Shown here in pieces: positions 41,401 to 56,400 of a stretch of 64,000 bases of DNA. The stretch is from Tubiluchus corallicola (taxonomy: Eukaryota; Animalia; Priapulida): the NCBI GenBank assembly GCA_030141605.1, contig JAQGDQ010000151.1:248001-312000 (forward strand). Reading direction: 5' to 3'. The notes under the pieces are model-generated. The model was not told the DNA's origin. It made no database searches and saw nothing but the letters and a program-made list of their open reading frames with translations. Position 1 is the first letter of the stretch, and every line of letters begins with the position of its first letter. The translations under genes and the position numbers were made by a program.

Positions 41401-44400
41401 CTCAAAGTGAGCGAAAACTGAAGAATTTTATTTACTGTTGTTACAATATCATACAAATGTGTGTAAACTCTTTATATAAGATATACCCCACGTTTTGTGA
41501 AATGTTGTTAAATGAATGTAATATTTAAGAATTATTTTATACGAACAGAATCTCTTGTTCTGTACTTACAGTATTTGGCTTTCAATTAAATTGATTGCAC
41601 CGTTAAAGACTAAAGACTGGGTGTAAAAAATTACATCACTTTTAGTTTTTTATGTGAGTTTTCATCATTGAGTTGACGTCTTGCTATTCTTTGGCTATAG
41701 AATTGAATCAGCTAGTGGAAGCCATCCAGAATTTTCCCACACTTCACAACATAACAAGATCTGTACTCTTTTTATGGTTTGGTACAACAATTGTCATCCC
41801 TCACTCATGCAGTATTGGGTGCAATGAATCCCTAACGGCCATTGCTGAGTAGTAAGAATAAAAGAATGTATGAAGTAAACGTGTTATTGACCTTTGTCTG
41901 TTTATCACTGTTTCTATCATCCTAACTCTCTTCTTAACTTATAGAAATTTAAAACTCTCTGTAAGAAACACATTTTTTTCAAAATTTTATCCCTAAGTTT
42001 TTTGTGATTCACAAATTATTAATAATTTTTTTATTACCAAAACTTTAATGCCATTTATTTCAGGAATTTACTTGCACTACAGTCATAACTCTAGATTGCC
42101 ACCCACAATTCTTTCAGCAGGATTAAAATCTAGAAACTATCAAGCTGAAATTCTACTAATTGTTTCTGATTTCTACGGGGCATCTGTTGAAACTACAATC
42201 AATGTTACTGTGAGTCACTTTTAAGTAATTAGCTACGTTTACGACCATTAGTCTCCAGTAAAAAAACAACTAACAATGTAAACAAATTGTAATTGCAACT
42301 GGTATTATTCTTGATCTTTCTTCATGAGGCACCGGTTTGGACTACACTGGTAAGTAATATTTGTTAGTACCAAACAATTCTGGTACTATATTTTTCTTGT
42401 ACCAAGCATTCTTTATAACACATTTTCCTAGGAACAAAATTCTTCGTACATAAAGATCATAGCACCAAATTTACCTGTACTAGAATTACCATGTACTAAA
42501 AAGCCCTAGTGCCAAATTTTGCTGGTACCAAACTTATCTTGTACTAATTTTACGTGCACCAAACTTATGTGTAACAGACTTTCCTACATTCATATGTTCA
42601 CTTGATTGGGGTAATAAATGAACACTAGTTAATTTGCTGATTAAAGACAATTGTTGTTTGAAGTAAAGCCTATATTTTACATCCTTGACTGCAAAAGGCT
42701 GTAGAAAATTGCTTACTGAACTGCTCGTTTTTTTTCATTAATTTTGCAATCATTAAAGCCCAAAAATGCCTAAGATTCAAGAAAATCCATTGAGGAACGT
42801 CTGATGAAATTAAACTATCGGTAGATGATATGTATAGAAATAATGTACATAAACTTCAAAGTGTGGTGAAATATGTTGAAATATGTATGATGCAGCGCAA
42901 ACAAATTGGTGAAGATCTGAATTAAAAAATAAGTCGTCAATACAAAAAGAAACATGAAAATATGATCCAAAATACAGTGAAATTTATTCTTGCAAAAAAA
43001 ATAAGAAGAATTTGCTCATCTGTTGATGAAGTTGATCTATTGGACTCACAGAAATCAGTTTCCAGGGCAATAAATCTTGTATTTGTTTCCTGTTCTATTC
43101 ACCATGAGCTAGATGCCTTACCTAACAAGTGCACTTTAAGAACTGGGAAACTGTGATTATATGGTCTGTTAACAAATTCCACTTTAGCTGTTTTATTCAA
43201 TCTTACATTTATTGATTGTGAGTCTATTATTTGTTCAACATTCTATGGCCAATTATAGTACTTACTCTGCCCAGTTTTTGTGAAAATTTCTTCATCTTCC
43301 AGGTTTGGCCGCATAAACTTTTGCTGCGTAGCCAGAACAACATCTCATCCATTATAGAGTATTTGAACTTTCTGAAAACGTTTATCATATCGAGCCCTAA
43401 CAGCACCTGCAGGTTGGATACCATGATTAAAGCAGGCGATTTTACTGGTCAGTATAAAAGCCTTGTATATATTTAGTTAGTCTAAAAACACAGTTAATAT
43501 TGAGTTATGGCTTGTTCACATAGTTTTTCAAAAGAATGGTACTCAAAACATTAAACTCTGTCCATACAATCAGTTTCACTGAGAATTACTTTGCACATAA
43601 CTATTTGTTGAAGGTTGGACTTCTCTTTCTTTCTGAATACCACCAACACAGCTTCTATGAAAACCAGCTTTTTTAGCGGAAATGAAAAAAAAACGAACTT
43701 AAGCATCAAAATGAAGCAAGAAATTACTGTCAAATATTTCAGGTATTAAAAGCAGAAGCGCAAATGATTTTTTCAATTATATTCCGATAACATCATGTAT
43801 GTTCTGTTACTTGACAAATTTTCATCTTTAAATAACGCAGAAAAATTAGGTTGTCATAGCATCATCGCTTAATGTTTTCTCAAATCTAACATTTTTTATT
43901 TGTGAGGTTTTACTAAATTTCAACAAAATCACTCCCGTTTTTTGCTGGTACAGGTGGTCGATTGATTAGGACAATGTACAGTGAAGTCTGTAGCGTTACA
44001 ACTACTCTCTGCCTGATTCTGATCTCACAGCCTCTTGCAGTGATTCAGACAGTTGTCATATATTGATCTTTTGTGCCTTCAGCTAATGAGGTGTTTTGTT
44101 GTTCTTTTGCATACTGAAAAATTGACACCTGCAGACAAAAATAAAATTTCATTAGCTGGGGACTCAGTCCTTTTGAGGAGAACCAAAAATGATAAACAAC
44201 AGTGACAAACCATTAAGAATGGTCAGCTCCTACATACTAACGTGAACATAAGCATTTTTCATCCTGTCAAATTGACATTTGTTTAACCCCATGATAAATT
44301 AGTCCTTATTTTGTTAACAGCTGCTGCACGCATTATGTTATTTGTGTCTGCTGAAGTAAATGCTATTGAAGCAGGACAACGTGTACTCCATGTTCCACCA

Positions 44401-47400
44401 AACACCGTAGAAGATCTACAAGGAATAAAAAACATATTGGAAATTAAATCTGAGGTAAACAAAATTAAAATGCCTGAATATGTCAGAAATGCCCATATAT
44501 AGGTTTTCTTCAGATTTAATATTACAAAATGGTGATCAGAACTTTTTAGGCGATGAATATCGTAAAAATGACATTCATCCTCCTTACTCCATTTTATAAT
44601 TTCTGTCAGTGAGTTTCTCTTATCTCTTATTTTTAGGTGTATAATGTGAAATTTTCACTGGAATGCAGCATTTTCACTCCGTTTAGAGAAATGCGCTCGA
44701 ATTTTTGTGACAATGACAGTGTGACTAAACTCCATCTCATTTCACAAACAGAATAAGAAATTACCATTCCCATACATTCTCAGAGTACTACACTACTGAC
44801 AGTAACTTTCTTCACTTCTAGGGCATTTTTTGGAGTCAATAATATAATTTCAGGTGAGAACAACAATGGTGAAATCCATACCCAAGCTACCAATTTACAG
44901 TTTTAATGCAGCGAAGCAATCAGCCAACTTACTAAACCAGACACTAGGCACATCCACAGATTTTACGCCAGAACTACAGGTGAGTCTTTCCTTAATTGAC
45001 ACATGACACTGCCTAACAAAACCCTGCTGAAATCATTAAACCAATTAATGCATAATAGTTTTTGAAACTTTATTCTTTGTTTTATAGTATATCATAAATT
45101 CTGTGGTTGTTTCCTTTAGAGCTGGAATGTTTTAAAGGTGCAATGGTAAAGCACTTAATTTTTCTAAATTTTAGTTAGCAAATTGGATGTCATTTTAATC
45201 TGTGCTTCATGGGAATATTCACTGTATATCTTCTTAACATTTGGCAGAGTATAGAAATCTATTATTAGTACAAATTTTTATTAAGAACTTTTGCCATTGC
45301 ATAGTTGTTTCTGAATTGGTCTCAGCCAGTAATTCTAAAGTAGTACAAGGTATTCCAAAAAAACTTTGCAGTAGTAATATGACAAAATTAACTTGGAGTT
45401 CTTGTATGCTGTATGTCTTTTTGTGGCCTCGTAGAGGAATGTCTACCTGTGAGGATACAGTTCTTGTATACTCTAAATAAATGTCGATTTTTAAAAAGTG
45501 TATTGTACAAAGTGTAGCCTGTACTTGCCGTAGCAGCACCTGGACTGTTCATTTCAAATTAATGATTGAATCTTGGGAAAAGTTATGTCGATGTGCAGAC
45601 ATATCATGAGGACCAGACCCGCAGTCACTCAGGGCCTCGTCACACTCGCTTGGTTTGACGATTTTGTCGGCAGTATGGACGCCATAACTAGTCTAGCAAT
45701 TCACCTGGTTTGTACAATTGAAGGACCAGCTACATTAATTGATGCAAAGAGCTTCCCGGTCTGTTATCGTCTCAGAGAAGAAGAACAATGGTGTTACGTT
45801 GGTTGGGGCAGTCCTTATGAGCCTGCGGACCTCCTCTAGCCTTCTGGTTGAGGAACACCCTCCTTGCATGTATTCGGACATAATTTTTTATGGCAAGTTG
45901 AACCCTAGAAATCTTCATGTTGAAGACCACCCGCTGAATCCGGCCCGGATGGAGCCAGCCTTTTGAGCATTACTTTCGTAAATTTTAAAATATCAAATTT
46001 CAAAATGTTTCAACTAGAATTGTTGCAAATTTATAAATTTGAAAATGCTTAAAGCACAAGAAAATTCTCCATAAAGGTGAAGCTTAAAAAATTCGTCTTG
46101 AAATTTTATACCACTTACTGCCTGTTTATATACAGGACTTCAATCGGAGTCATGCTGAATAAAACATTTACATGCTAGCTGACGATGACCTTTAGCTGCA
46201 GCCATTTTGATGACAGGTCATTTGAGACAAGTTTAGATAACTTTATGTAAACTTTGAAAAAATAATCAGAGCGTTCGTAGAGCACAAGTCATTAACTGAG
46301 CAAAATTTAAATTACTGTATCTTGTCAATAAGATTAAAAATATGTTTTTGGTTAATGAGAGGTGCACTCTCAAGGGTGAGTTACGACATTTTACCAATTG
46401 GTGAAAACATTTTTAAATAATTTAAAATTTTCTTTTCTAATTACATAAGTCTTTCCTGCAGGTAGGCGAAAAGTTAACTAATATAGGTGTAGGGCGTGAA
46501 GGATGGAGAATTATGACAATTAATAAAAGATCAAACTACATTTGTTTTTTAAAAAAAACTAACTTTATAATACTGATGGATAGTCCTTGACAATTTACAA
46601 ATGTATTTTTTACAATAATATCATCATAACATAGTTAAACATACATTAAACTAAGTATCTAATGCTTTAAAGACAGAAAATATGTAGGGCACATAGTTCG
46701 CTAGCCCGTTTATTTAGTAGGAAACAGTTATTTGTCCAAGAGGTAGTTAAACAGATCACCTGTCTGTAAAGCTAGATGGAATAAAAAATCGCCTAAAAAG
46801 TGCACTTATTTCACTTCAAAAAGATTAATATCAGAGCCAAATTTAATATTGGCTATTCTAATATAGCTCAGAATAACATTCTTTTATTTTATCAGATTTA
46901 TAATAAATTATTCAACGTGCATTGACGTTTTCTGTTATTATTAGTAAATAAACAAAGACATCAGACTGGTACAGTTAACGACTCAAGTGACTTGTCTCTA
47001 GTGTCCTACTTGGGGTAGCCCATGTATGACGCATCGTACTTGGGCTAGCCCATGTACGCCAATTGTACTACTTTGACTAGTGTCCTACACCGCTTCCAAC
47101 AATAGATTTGCATGGAAAGTTTTTGGGACATAATCTAAAATTGCCTTTTCTTCCTCTGATCTACGCTGTGCATATATGTAATGGCGCAGTCTGAACAGTA
47201 TTGTGGGACATTTAAAATGAAGATAAACAGAAATTCCTTTCAATGCGAGTACGACATATGCATAAAATTGCTATAAAGTAATTGTGGTGGTCCAGTATGG
47301 TAATGTAGGGAATCACTAGCCTAACAACCTTGCACATTATTTGTTTACATTCATAAGTTAGGCTGATGAAGAGATAAAATTTACCTTTCTTTCGCCGTCT

Positions 47401-50400
47401 TAATTTAATTTGATGTTCTACAAAATCGCAAGACATGTGATGTGGTCCCCGAGTTCTGGTTCAAGCTTCACGGACCCGAGGAGACGCTAGCAAATCACAG
47501 AAAGACTTAACGGTATTCATCTTCTTATGTTATTACTCCCGTAAATCACTGATTTACGCTGATTGCCATTTGTTGGGTTAACACCATAGTGGTGGTAGAC
47601 TGTAAAGTGGTTAGGTTCACTTGAAAAGTGTGATGGCTGTTTCCATCGCCATATGGGATCCTGTGCTTCACGTAGATGTTAAAATGTTTACCATGTTGGG
47701 ATCGTCGTCTGTGCGACACTGTCATGCAAAAAATCTGTGACTGTCAGTGTGGACTGTTGTACCGCCAGTGAACACTCAGCAAAACCTGGGCAGGTCGCCA
47801 ATATTCTAGGGAAGGGGTTTTCCTTTTTTGTATATTGGTGCTCATTGTCATTTTTTTGAATATTTTGAATCTTATTAAATTTGTTGTTACATGTCATTAG
47901 TTGTTTATTGAGAGTCGGATAAAATGTCGTTAACCAATGAAAAGAAAACAACCCACATATTATTTAGGAAAATTATGGACAAAGTATTTATTCCCGTGAA
48001 CATTTTATGAACATATCTTAAAATTAGCATAAATAATTAGCATACACCTTTTGGCACACGCTACGTCAAAAGGTGGTTTTCAGCGCTGTGGCTCTTTCTA
48101 ACCCTAACCATCACAGTAATATACTTTTCTAATGCAATTTTTCTCAAACCTTCTTCAGGTACGCCTTTTCTTGTCCTTTAAAGTAAAACTGCTGTAAATT
48201 CAATTTGCTTAAACTAGAACTGCTGCAAATTTATTAATTTCTAGAATCCAAAACTAGAATTCTTCACTGACAAAAATTTTTCATGTCTTGTAAGCTTTAT
48301 GCAAACTTTACAATTGAAAATTTTCCTGAAATTTTCTCAAGAATTTTCTCATATTTTGAATTGTCTATAAACTGATATTCGGAAAATTCATTTTGGTAAG
48401 CCATAAGCCTTATGCAATCTTTGTAAACGTTTTTGTTTCAATAAAAATTGATCTCTTCTTCTGCATGCTTTATTTTAGTGCGTGGATGAACCATTTTCAA
48501 TAGAGGAGGGCAGTGTTACAGTGGCGAAATGCCATTTATTTTCGCCCCACCCCTCTACATTGTGGTGGTTCGATCCATTACGAAGCCATTGCATATCTGC
48601 ACTGCATTGCAGCCATAAGTAGGTAGCTGGCCTCGTCGGTTCATTGGGCTGACGGGTAGGTGCATTTTCTACCTCAGCACCTGCTCCATAATGACAGCTG
48701 GCGTGGAGCACCATCCACTCTACGTTACAATATATAGGAGGAGATATTTTTGCATTCTAAGCCATAGTTTATTTTTCACATTATGTTTTACTAAAGCAAA
48801 CAGGTTTGTTTTAAATTTTAACAACTTTAATCGGTGCTCTTTTACATTTCAATGAAATTTCTGAAAAACCAAAAGTTTACTGAAAGTGCTCCTGCTTAAA
48901 TAATTAAAAAGATGAACAGAATTTTCGAAGCATTCAAATGCCATCATTGGCTGTAACAGGAAATTAAGTGCATTGCAAAAACTTTTGCTAAAGCTATTTA
49001 TCTTTTTAATAAAAAATTCAACACTCCTAACAAAAATTGTTTAAACATTTCATAGCTGAAGTAATATTTAATATACTTACAATACAGGCCAGTATTGAAA
49101 ACGTTTTGCCTTTTACTAGAAACTGAACTCAAATTAACATAATTAAGTAGCAGAGTTTAAACTTTCTCAGTCCTTGATGACAAAAAGGACCAGACACTTA
49201 GCTGCTAAAAACTTCTTCATCATACCACGCAGTACGTACGCCTAATGGATGTAGGCTGTACAATAAGATTTTTTGTGCTAAATGTGGTTTCACTGCTTTA
49301 CGCATATTTAATTGCAGTTAATTGCTTAGTCTTTTTGTAACTTTTTGTTTACAGGTTGAAAGTTTGAGTGTTCTTGAGCAAATTGCAACCTCTATAGGAA
49401 AATATGCAGTAGAAGCAGAAGCAGATGAATTGAAAGACTCTACAAAGTACGTATAAACATTGTTTTGCTAAATATTTTTCTTTACTGCGGAATTCACTAC
49501 TGTCATAACATTTGCATAAATTAGTAAATACTGCAATTTCAGTTTTGTTCTGCATATGTGTAAATCGTTGCAAAGTATGTACAATTGTACATATGCGGGG
49601 CACAACATTTGGGGCTTCGGAAAATTTAGAATGACTATTTAGGCACAAAACATATGTGCGTGAGACATTTATGGTACCAGCGTCCTGTCCAACATGGTCC
49701 AATCACTGAAGAATGTTTTGTTTCTGTCTTGAGCTACATGTCATGCTGCCTAATAGGCTGAATTTACTGTGGGATTCCTCATCCAATGTCTGATAGTGAT
49801 ACTGATACCTTGTGACAATTACAAAATCTATAGTAATTTTTTATGTGAAGCATCTAAAGCATCTAAAAACGTTTTTGTAACAAAAGAAATAATATTATGA
49901 TTTTCGTGAGTACGACCAGAAACGACTGGAAACAACTAGGTATTTTAACTAAAAAAAGACTGCTGAACTCTTAATATTTGTACGGGGGCAAAATGCCATT
50001 TATTTTCGACCCATCCCTCTATATTGTGATGGCCTCACTTGTACGAAGCCATTGCATAGTTGCATTTAATACCATGTATAAAATGATGTATAGCATGACG
50101 AAAATGTCATTGATGTCTGGCAGTTTCTTCTTATAAATGTTCTGTTCAATTTGCATTTTTTACGTCATCATTGCTGGGTATATAGTACAAGATTGCAACA
50201 AACCAGTACTGAACCTTGCACCTCTTGGCCACCGTCTTTACACTGGTGTCAGAAGTGGGATCCTTTGGTTGGTTTGGTGAAGAATGATTCACATTCCTGA
50301 TCGTTGTTTCCTAGAATCAAACCTCTATGGTTCTGCTGTGTCTGTGATACCGTAACTTGTCGCAGTGGGTGTGTGGGCTAGTTGCAAAGAAAGAGTAGTT

Positions 50401-53400
50401 TTTCGTTTTCTGTAAATAGATAACTTTGGTGAGAAACTAGTGGCTATGAAATTTATGTAGTTTGAACAGGTGATAGCAGCACTTGAACTATGGTTTTATT
50501 CATGGTTTGCAATTTTTGTGTCTAAATATGTTTGTGCAGTGACATATCCTTAAGAGCCAGCTTTGTAGACACCGTGTGAGCCTCGACTACCCCAAGAGGA
50601 AAGACATTTTGAAGAATGCATCAGCCCTGTGAATAAGTATGAACCCCTTTTGCAGTTTCTACTTTCTTGCAGTGCAGTTTTGTATTTTTTGAAGTAACTT
50701 TTCAGGTGTAAGGTGTTATTCTCTGTTACTGTAGGTGTCTTGCGAAAAGTTTTCATGCATTATGCAAAATTTTATGCTTCAGTTCTTAACTGAACACTTC
50801 TCCTTTTACTTTTGGCAATAAAAGGTTTCTTCTCCTCTTGCATTTTTGCTGCTGGTTTGAGTATAAACTATTTTCTGTAGAGGAGGGCAGTGTTACAAAG
50901 GCGATTTTTTTCGATCCCCCATCCTCTACATTATGATGACCTAGTCCATATGAAGCCATTGCATAGTGGCTTTGAATACCAGGTATTAAGCTGTCACTAT
51001 GGAATGTTCCCGTCGATTCAGTAGGTGAATGGGCCAAGTGCGTTTTGTTGCATAATTCTAAACAGCATATAGGAACACATGATTAACGTTGTGGCTGTTT
51101 CTTCTTATAAAGTTCCTTTTCAATTTGCATTTTTGATGTCTTCAAATACCATATTGGGCATATGGTACTATGAAGGTTGCGACATTCCAGTAGCGAACTC
51201 TGGGCCCCTTTCCAGCTGTCATTACAATATTATCATGTATTTCACAAGTGATAGAGCAAAAAAGGTTTGCAGGTTTAATATTGATAGATATAAAATATTT
51301 CATTTGCTTGCTAAGAAATCTAACTAGTTGTTCTGGAGTTAACAGCTAGTTGTAAGCAACTGATGAACTAAACATAACATTCTAGGTCCGTTTCTTCTAA
51401 AAAAACACCATCAGTTCATTGAATATAGCTCACTGTGATATAACACTAGTGGAATTGATACGCTAGTTGTACTGACGCTAAAATTTTGGTGCCAATAGAT
51501 TTTTTGTGTCGTGCTTTTCTGTTATTTAGCGTTTTTATGATCTCTTATATTAATATTCTTGGTATCTTAATATATATATAAGATTCGAGGCTACAGCCCG
51601 GACGAGGGCACCATTTGCGGCGATCTATACATCAAACGAAAGGTCTCGATCTAGTGTCGTGCCATTGATGGTTTATTTTTCGAATGGGGCCCACCGGGAG
51701 AAGGGGGAGGCGAAAAACCTCCAAAAATGGCCCTTTTTCGGCCGTTTTCTGCAAAAGTTATACGGCTGAGATGTAGAGAACGGGAACGGGCCGAGGGTGG
51801 TGCTGGGTATGGATAGATAGCCCGTTCAGCGGTGGGTGTAGTAGGCATATTTAGAATTCCCGAGAGGGCCACGGCGTCCCGTAATGGGCGTTTTCCCGGA
51901 CCCAACTCGCGATTTTTTCGAAATTTTGACCAAACAGCCTGCGGGAAAAACGTTCTAGCGTCGCCCAGTGGGACTCTCGGAAGGAGATATACGGCTCTTT
52001 ACAAAGAGGAAGGACAGGGCTACACGATGATGTGGGATATATTTTAGGGCAGGTCCACCGAGAGGAGTACTGGCGAGTTAATTAGAAGTTCCATTTTCGG
52101 CAATTTTCACTTAGAAAACTGCTGACGCAAAGGCATTGTTGTGACGTCATCCATTGTACTCTGTCTATAATCTTATAACTTTAATTCAGCAAAAAGCTAC
52201 AGGCTTTGCGTTAGTTAAACAAACGGTAGGCACGATGTTACGGGCTTTGTGTTATAAATGTGGACTAGGTAGGATGTTCGCGTATTATTGATTACACGTG
52301 TATTTATACGCAAAATCTTTTGCGGGGCCTTTGCTATTTATTATATTATAGCACATAGTTTCAGCTTTGTGAAAAATGTTTGGACTGGTTTTGTTGTAAT
52401 GCTGTGCTGTTGGTGCTTGTGCTAAAGGTGTTGTCATCGTTGCCACCATCATCATCATTAACATCATGATCACCACGTGAGGTGGTGGATTTGATGTGGT
52501 GTGGTGGTGGTGTGCTTTGTGTGTTGTGCTATGGATGGTGTGGTGGGGTGATAGGGTGTGTGGGGTGTGGTGTGGGTAGTGTGGTATGGAGTGGGTGGCG
52601 TGGTGTGTGGGTGGGTGGGTGTTGTGGTGCGGTGTGGTGTTATGGTGTGGTGCAGTGCGGTGTGATGTGATGTGGTATGGTGTGGTGCAGTGTGGTGTGA
52701 TGTGGTGGAGTCGTATGGTGTGGTTGGTGTGGTGTGGTATGTAGGTCGTGCGGTGTGCTGCAGTGGTATGTTGTGGTGCGGTGTGGTGTGATGTGGTGGA
52801 GTGGTATGGTGTGGGTGGTGTGGTGTGTAGGTGGGTGGGTGGTGTGGTGCAGTGTGGTGTTATTGTGTGGTGCTGTGCGGTGTGATGTGGTGGAGTATTA
52901 TGGTGTGGGTGGTGTGGTGTGGTGTGTGGGTGGTGCGGTGCAGTGGTATGGTGTGGTGCAGTGTGGTGTGATGTGGTGGAGTCGTATGGTGTGGTTGGTG
53001 TGGTGTGTGGGTGGTGCGGTGTGCTGCAGCGGTATGGTGTGGTGTGGTGTGTAGGTGGGTGGGTGGTGTGGTGCAGTGTGGTGTTATGGTGTGGTGCTGT
53101 GCGGTGTGGTGCAGTGTGGTGTTATGGTGTGGTGCTGTGCGGTGTGGTGCAGTGTGGTGTTATGGTGTGGTGCTGTGCGGTGTGATGTGGTGGAGTGGTA
53201 TGGTGTGTGGTGCAGTGTGGTGGTGATGTGGTGGAGTGGTATGGTGTGGGTGGTGTGGTGTATAGGTGGTATGGTGTGGTGCGGTGTGGTGTGATGTGGT
53301 GGAGTGGTATGGTGTGGGTGGTGTGGTGTGTAGGTGGGTGGGTGGTGTGGTGCAGTGTGGTGTTATGGTGTGGTGCTGTGCGGTGTGATGTGGTGGAGTG

Positions 53401-56400
53401 GTATGGTGTGGTGCAGTGTGGTGTGATGAGGTGGAGTGGTGTGGTGTGGGTTTTGTGTTGATTTGTGCACAAAATTCTTTTTGTGGGGTTTGGCTAGTCT
53501 CTTATATTAATATTCTTGGTATATATATTTATATATAAGATTCGAGGCTACAGCTTCGACGAGGGCACCATTTGTGGTGATCTATATATCAAACGAAAGG
53601 TCTCGATCTAGTGTCGTCTCATTGATGATTTATTTTTCGAATCAGGCCCACCGGGAGGAGGGGGGGCGAAAAACCTCCAAAAATGGCCCTTTTTCGGCCG
53701 TTTTTTTGCAAAAGTTATACGGCTGAGATGTAGAGAACGGGAACTGGTCGAGGGTGGTACTGGGTATGGATAGATAGCCCGTTCAGCGGTGGGTGTAGAA
53801 GGCATATTTAGAATTCCCGAGAGGACCACGGCATCCCGCAACGGGCGTTTTCCCGGACCCAACTCGTGATTTTTTCGAAATTTTGACCAAACAGCCTGCG
53901 GGCAAAACGTTCTAGCGGCGCCCGGTGGGACTCTTGGAAGGAGATATATAGCTCTTTAGAAAGAGGACGAACGGGGCTACACGATGATGTGGGCTATATG
54001 TTGGGACACGTCCACTGAGAGGAGTATTGACGAGTTAATTAGATGTTCTATTTTTCGCAATTTTCGCTTAGAAAACTGCTGACGCAAAGCCATTATTCTG
54101 ATGTCATCCATTGTACTCTGCTGTAATCTTATAACTTTAATTCAGCAAAAAGCTGCTACAGGTTTTGCGTTAGGTAAGTAAACAAACAGTAGGCAGGATG
54201 TTACGGGCTTTGTGTTATAAATGAGGACTAGGTAGAATGTTCGCGTATTATTGATTACACGTGTATTTATACGCAAAATCTTTTGCGGGGCCTTTGCTAG
54301 TCTCTTATATTAATATTCTTGGTATGTTTTATATATATAAGATTCGAGGCTACAGCCCGGACGAGGGACCATTTGCGGCGATCTATACATCAAACGAAAG
54401 GTCTCGATCTAGTGTCGTGCCATTGATGGTTTATTTTTAGAATTGGGCCCACCGGAAGGAAGGGGGGGTGAAAAAACCCCCAAAATGGCCATTTTTCGGC
54501 CGTTTTTTGCAAAAAATTGCAAAAGTTATACGGCTGACTTGTAGAGAACGGGAACGGGTCGAGGGGGGTGCTGGGTATGGATAGATAGCCCGTTCAGCGG
54601 TGGGTGTAGTAGGCATATTTAGAATTCGCGAGAAGGCCACGGGGTCCCGCAACAGGCGTTTTCCCGGACCCAACTTGCGATTTTTTCGAAATTTTGACCA
54701 AACAGCCTGCGGGAAAAACGTTTTAGCGGCGCCCGATGGGACTCTCGGAAGGAGATATACGGCTCATCAGAAAGAGGAAGGACAGGGCTACACGATGATG
54801 TGGGTTATATTTTAGGGCAGGTCCACCGTGAGGAGTATCGACGAGTTAATTATGTGTTCTATTTTCGACAATTTTCGCTTAGAAAACTGTGGTGACGCAT
54901 TCCATTGTGCTGACGTCATCCATTGTACTCTGCCTATAACGTTAATTCAGTAAACGCTGCCTGCTGTACTAAAAGCTGCTTTGTGTTAGATAAACATACA
55001 GTAGGCAGGAGTAAACGCTGCTACAGACTTTGCGTTAGGTAAGTATGCAGGATGTTACGGGCTTTGTGTTATAATTCATTAATTATTTCGTAAATGAAAT
55101 GCTGTCATATTTTAGCAAAATGCTAGTGTAAACTTGTACTGTCTTCTGCTTCTTTCATTTTGAAGGCTACACACAAAATACTGAAATTTTAAAATGAAAA
55201 ACTAGAATGTGCAAAGACAATTGACTGGTTTTAATTATTTACATATACTACTGCAGTAACTGCATACTGTTTAATTTGGTGAAGCCATGATTTTTAAAAA
55301 CTATTGTGAGAGTTTGGAAATTATAGTGAGTCATTAAAAATTTAATATGTAAAAACGAAAAAATGGGTACAACATCAAATTTTATTGGTGCCCAAGTGAC
55401 TCTGTGACTAAATGTCCCCTGCCAAAATGTCTCTTCCCCAAGTGTCCTGAGTCCAAATGCCCCGTTGCCTATTTGGCCATGCTGTTTGCTAGGTTTTATA
55501 GATATGCAAATTACTAATGCGAATGATTGGAAATGCTTTATAATTAATCCAATGATGCAAAAAGACACGGTTTTCTACAACAAACTCTTTGGATGTCAAG
55601 TTTTATGTTTTTCAGTTTGCTGTACAAAACCTAGTTGGATTTGATTACCTCTCAATGACTTGCTTTAGCTTGACTCGATCTTTGATCAACAAGTGGATTC
55701 AAGATAACTGTATCACCTCTAAATATACGCTTGTCAGCTGCCACCCAGAACTTATGGTGTCCACAAGCACATCACTTTTGCAAACTTTGCAGTTTGCAAC
55801 TTACTTATTCTGGTCTCATTCAAAATATCAGCTGTTTTAGGGGACATTTAAAATAAATTTGGACCACTTTTTGCATCACACAATTCCGTTAAATTCAATT
55901 CAATGCAACTTCATTTTCTCAATAGCAGTTAAAACTTCACATAATTATTTTTACATTTCACTACAACACAAAGGAGCCGATTTTTTACGTGATTTATTTC
56001 GAAGCTGATAAAAATAATTTCACATTTTCATTCATACGAAGCTGACCTGTGCTATTGGTAAATTGAGGAATTATACTGTGGATACTTATTTGAATTTCTC
56101 TTTCCAGATTTGTTGTTAGTGCATTTGGAAACGTTCTTAGTGCTTCAATAAATCAAACTCTAAAAGCTGTACGGGGCAACAGAGATGAGCTTGGCATAGG
56201 AAAACCTGTGGTCATTCCCGACACTCGGTCCACAGAAGAGATAATAGAGCAAGTAAGGTTTCAGCTGATTAAGCATATATAATTTCAATGACTGCAATTC
56301 TAATTGTTGTTCACTTGCATTTAAAGTTCAAGTATCAAATTAGAATATGACATCAGTTTGTGAAGGAATTTGATTAAAATGAAAAAAGCTGAATTACACT

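Noticed and set aside
52482-53472. Several Val/Trp/Cys/Gly-rich and His/Thr/Pro-rich ORFs
   Set aside because: Translations of the (GTGTG)n satellite inside a Helitron; open in many frames on both strands.
51651-54815. Repeated short ORFs (MGPGKRP.., MGVVGIFR..)
   Set aside because: They recur only because the Helitron unit is repeated; indels between copies break the frames and there are no Rep/helicase motifs.
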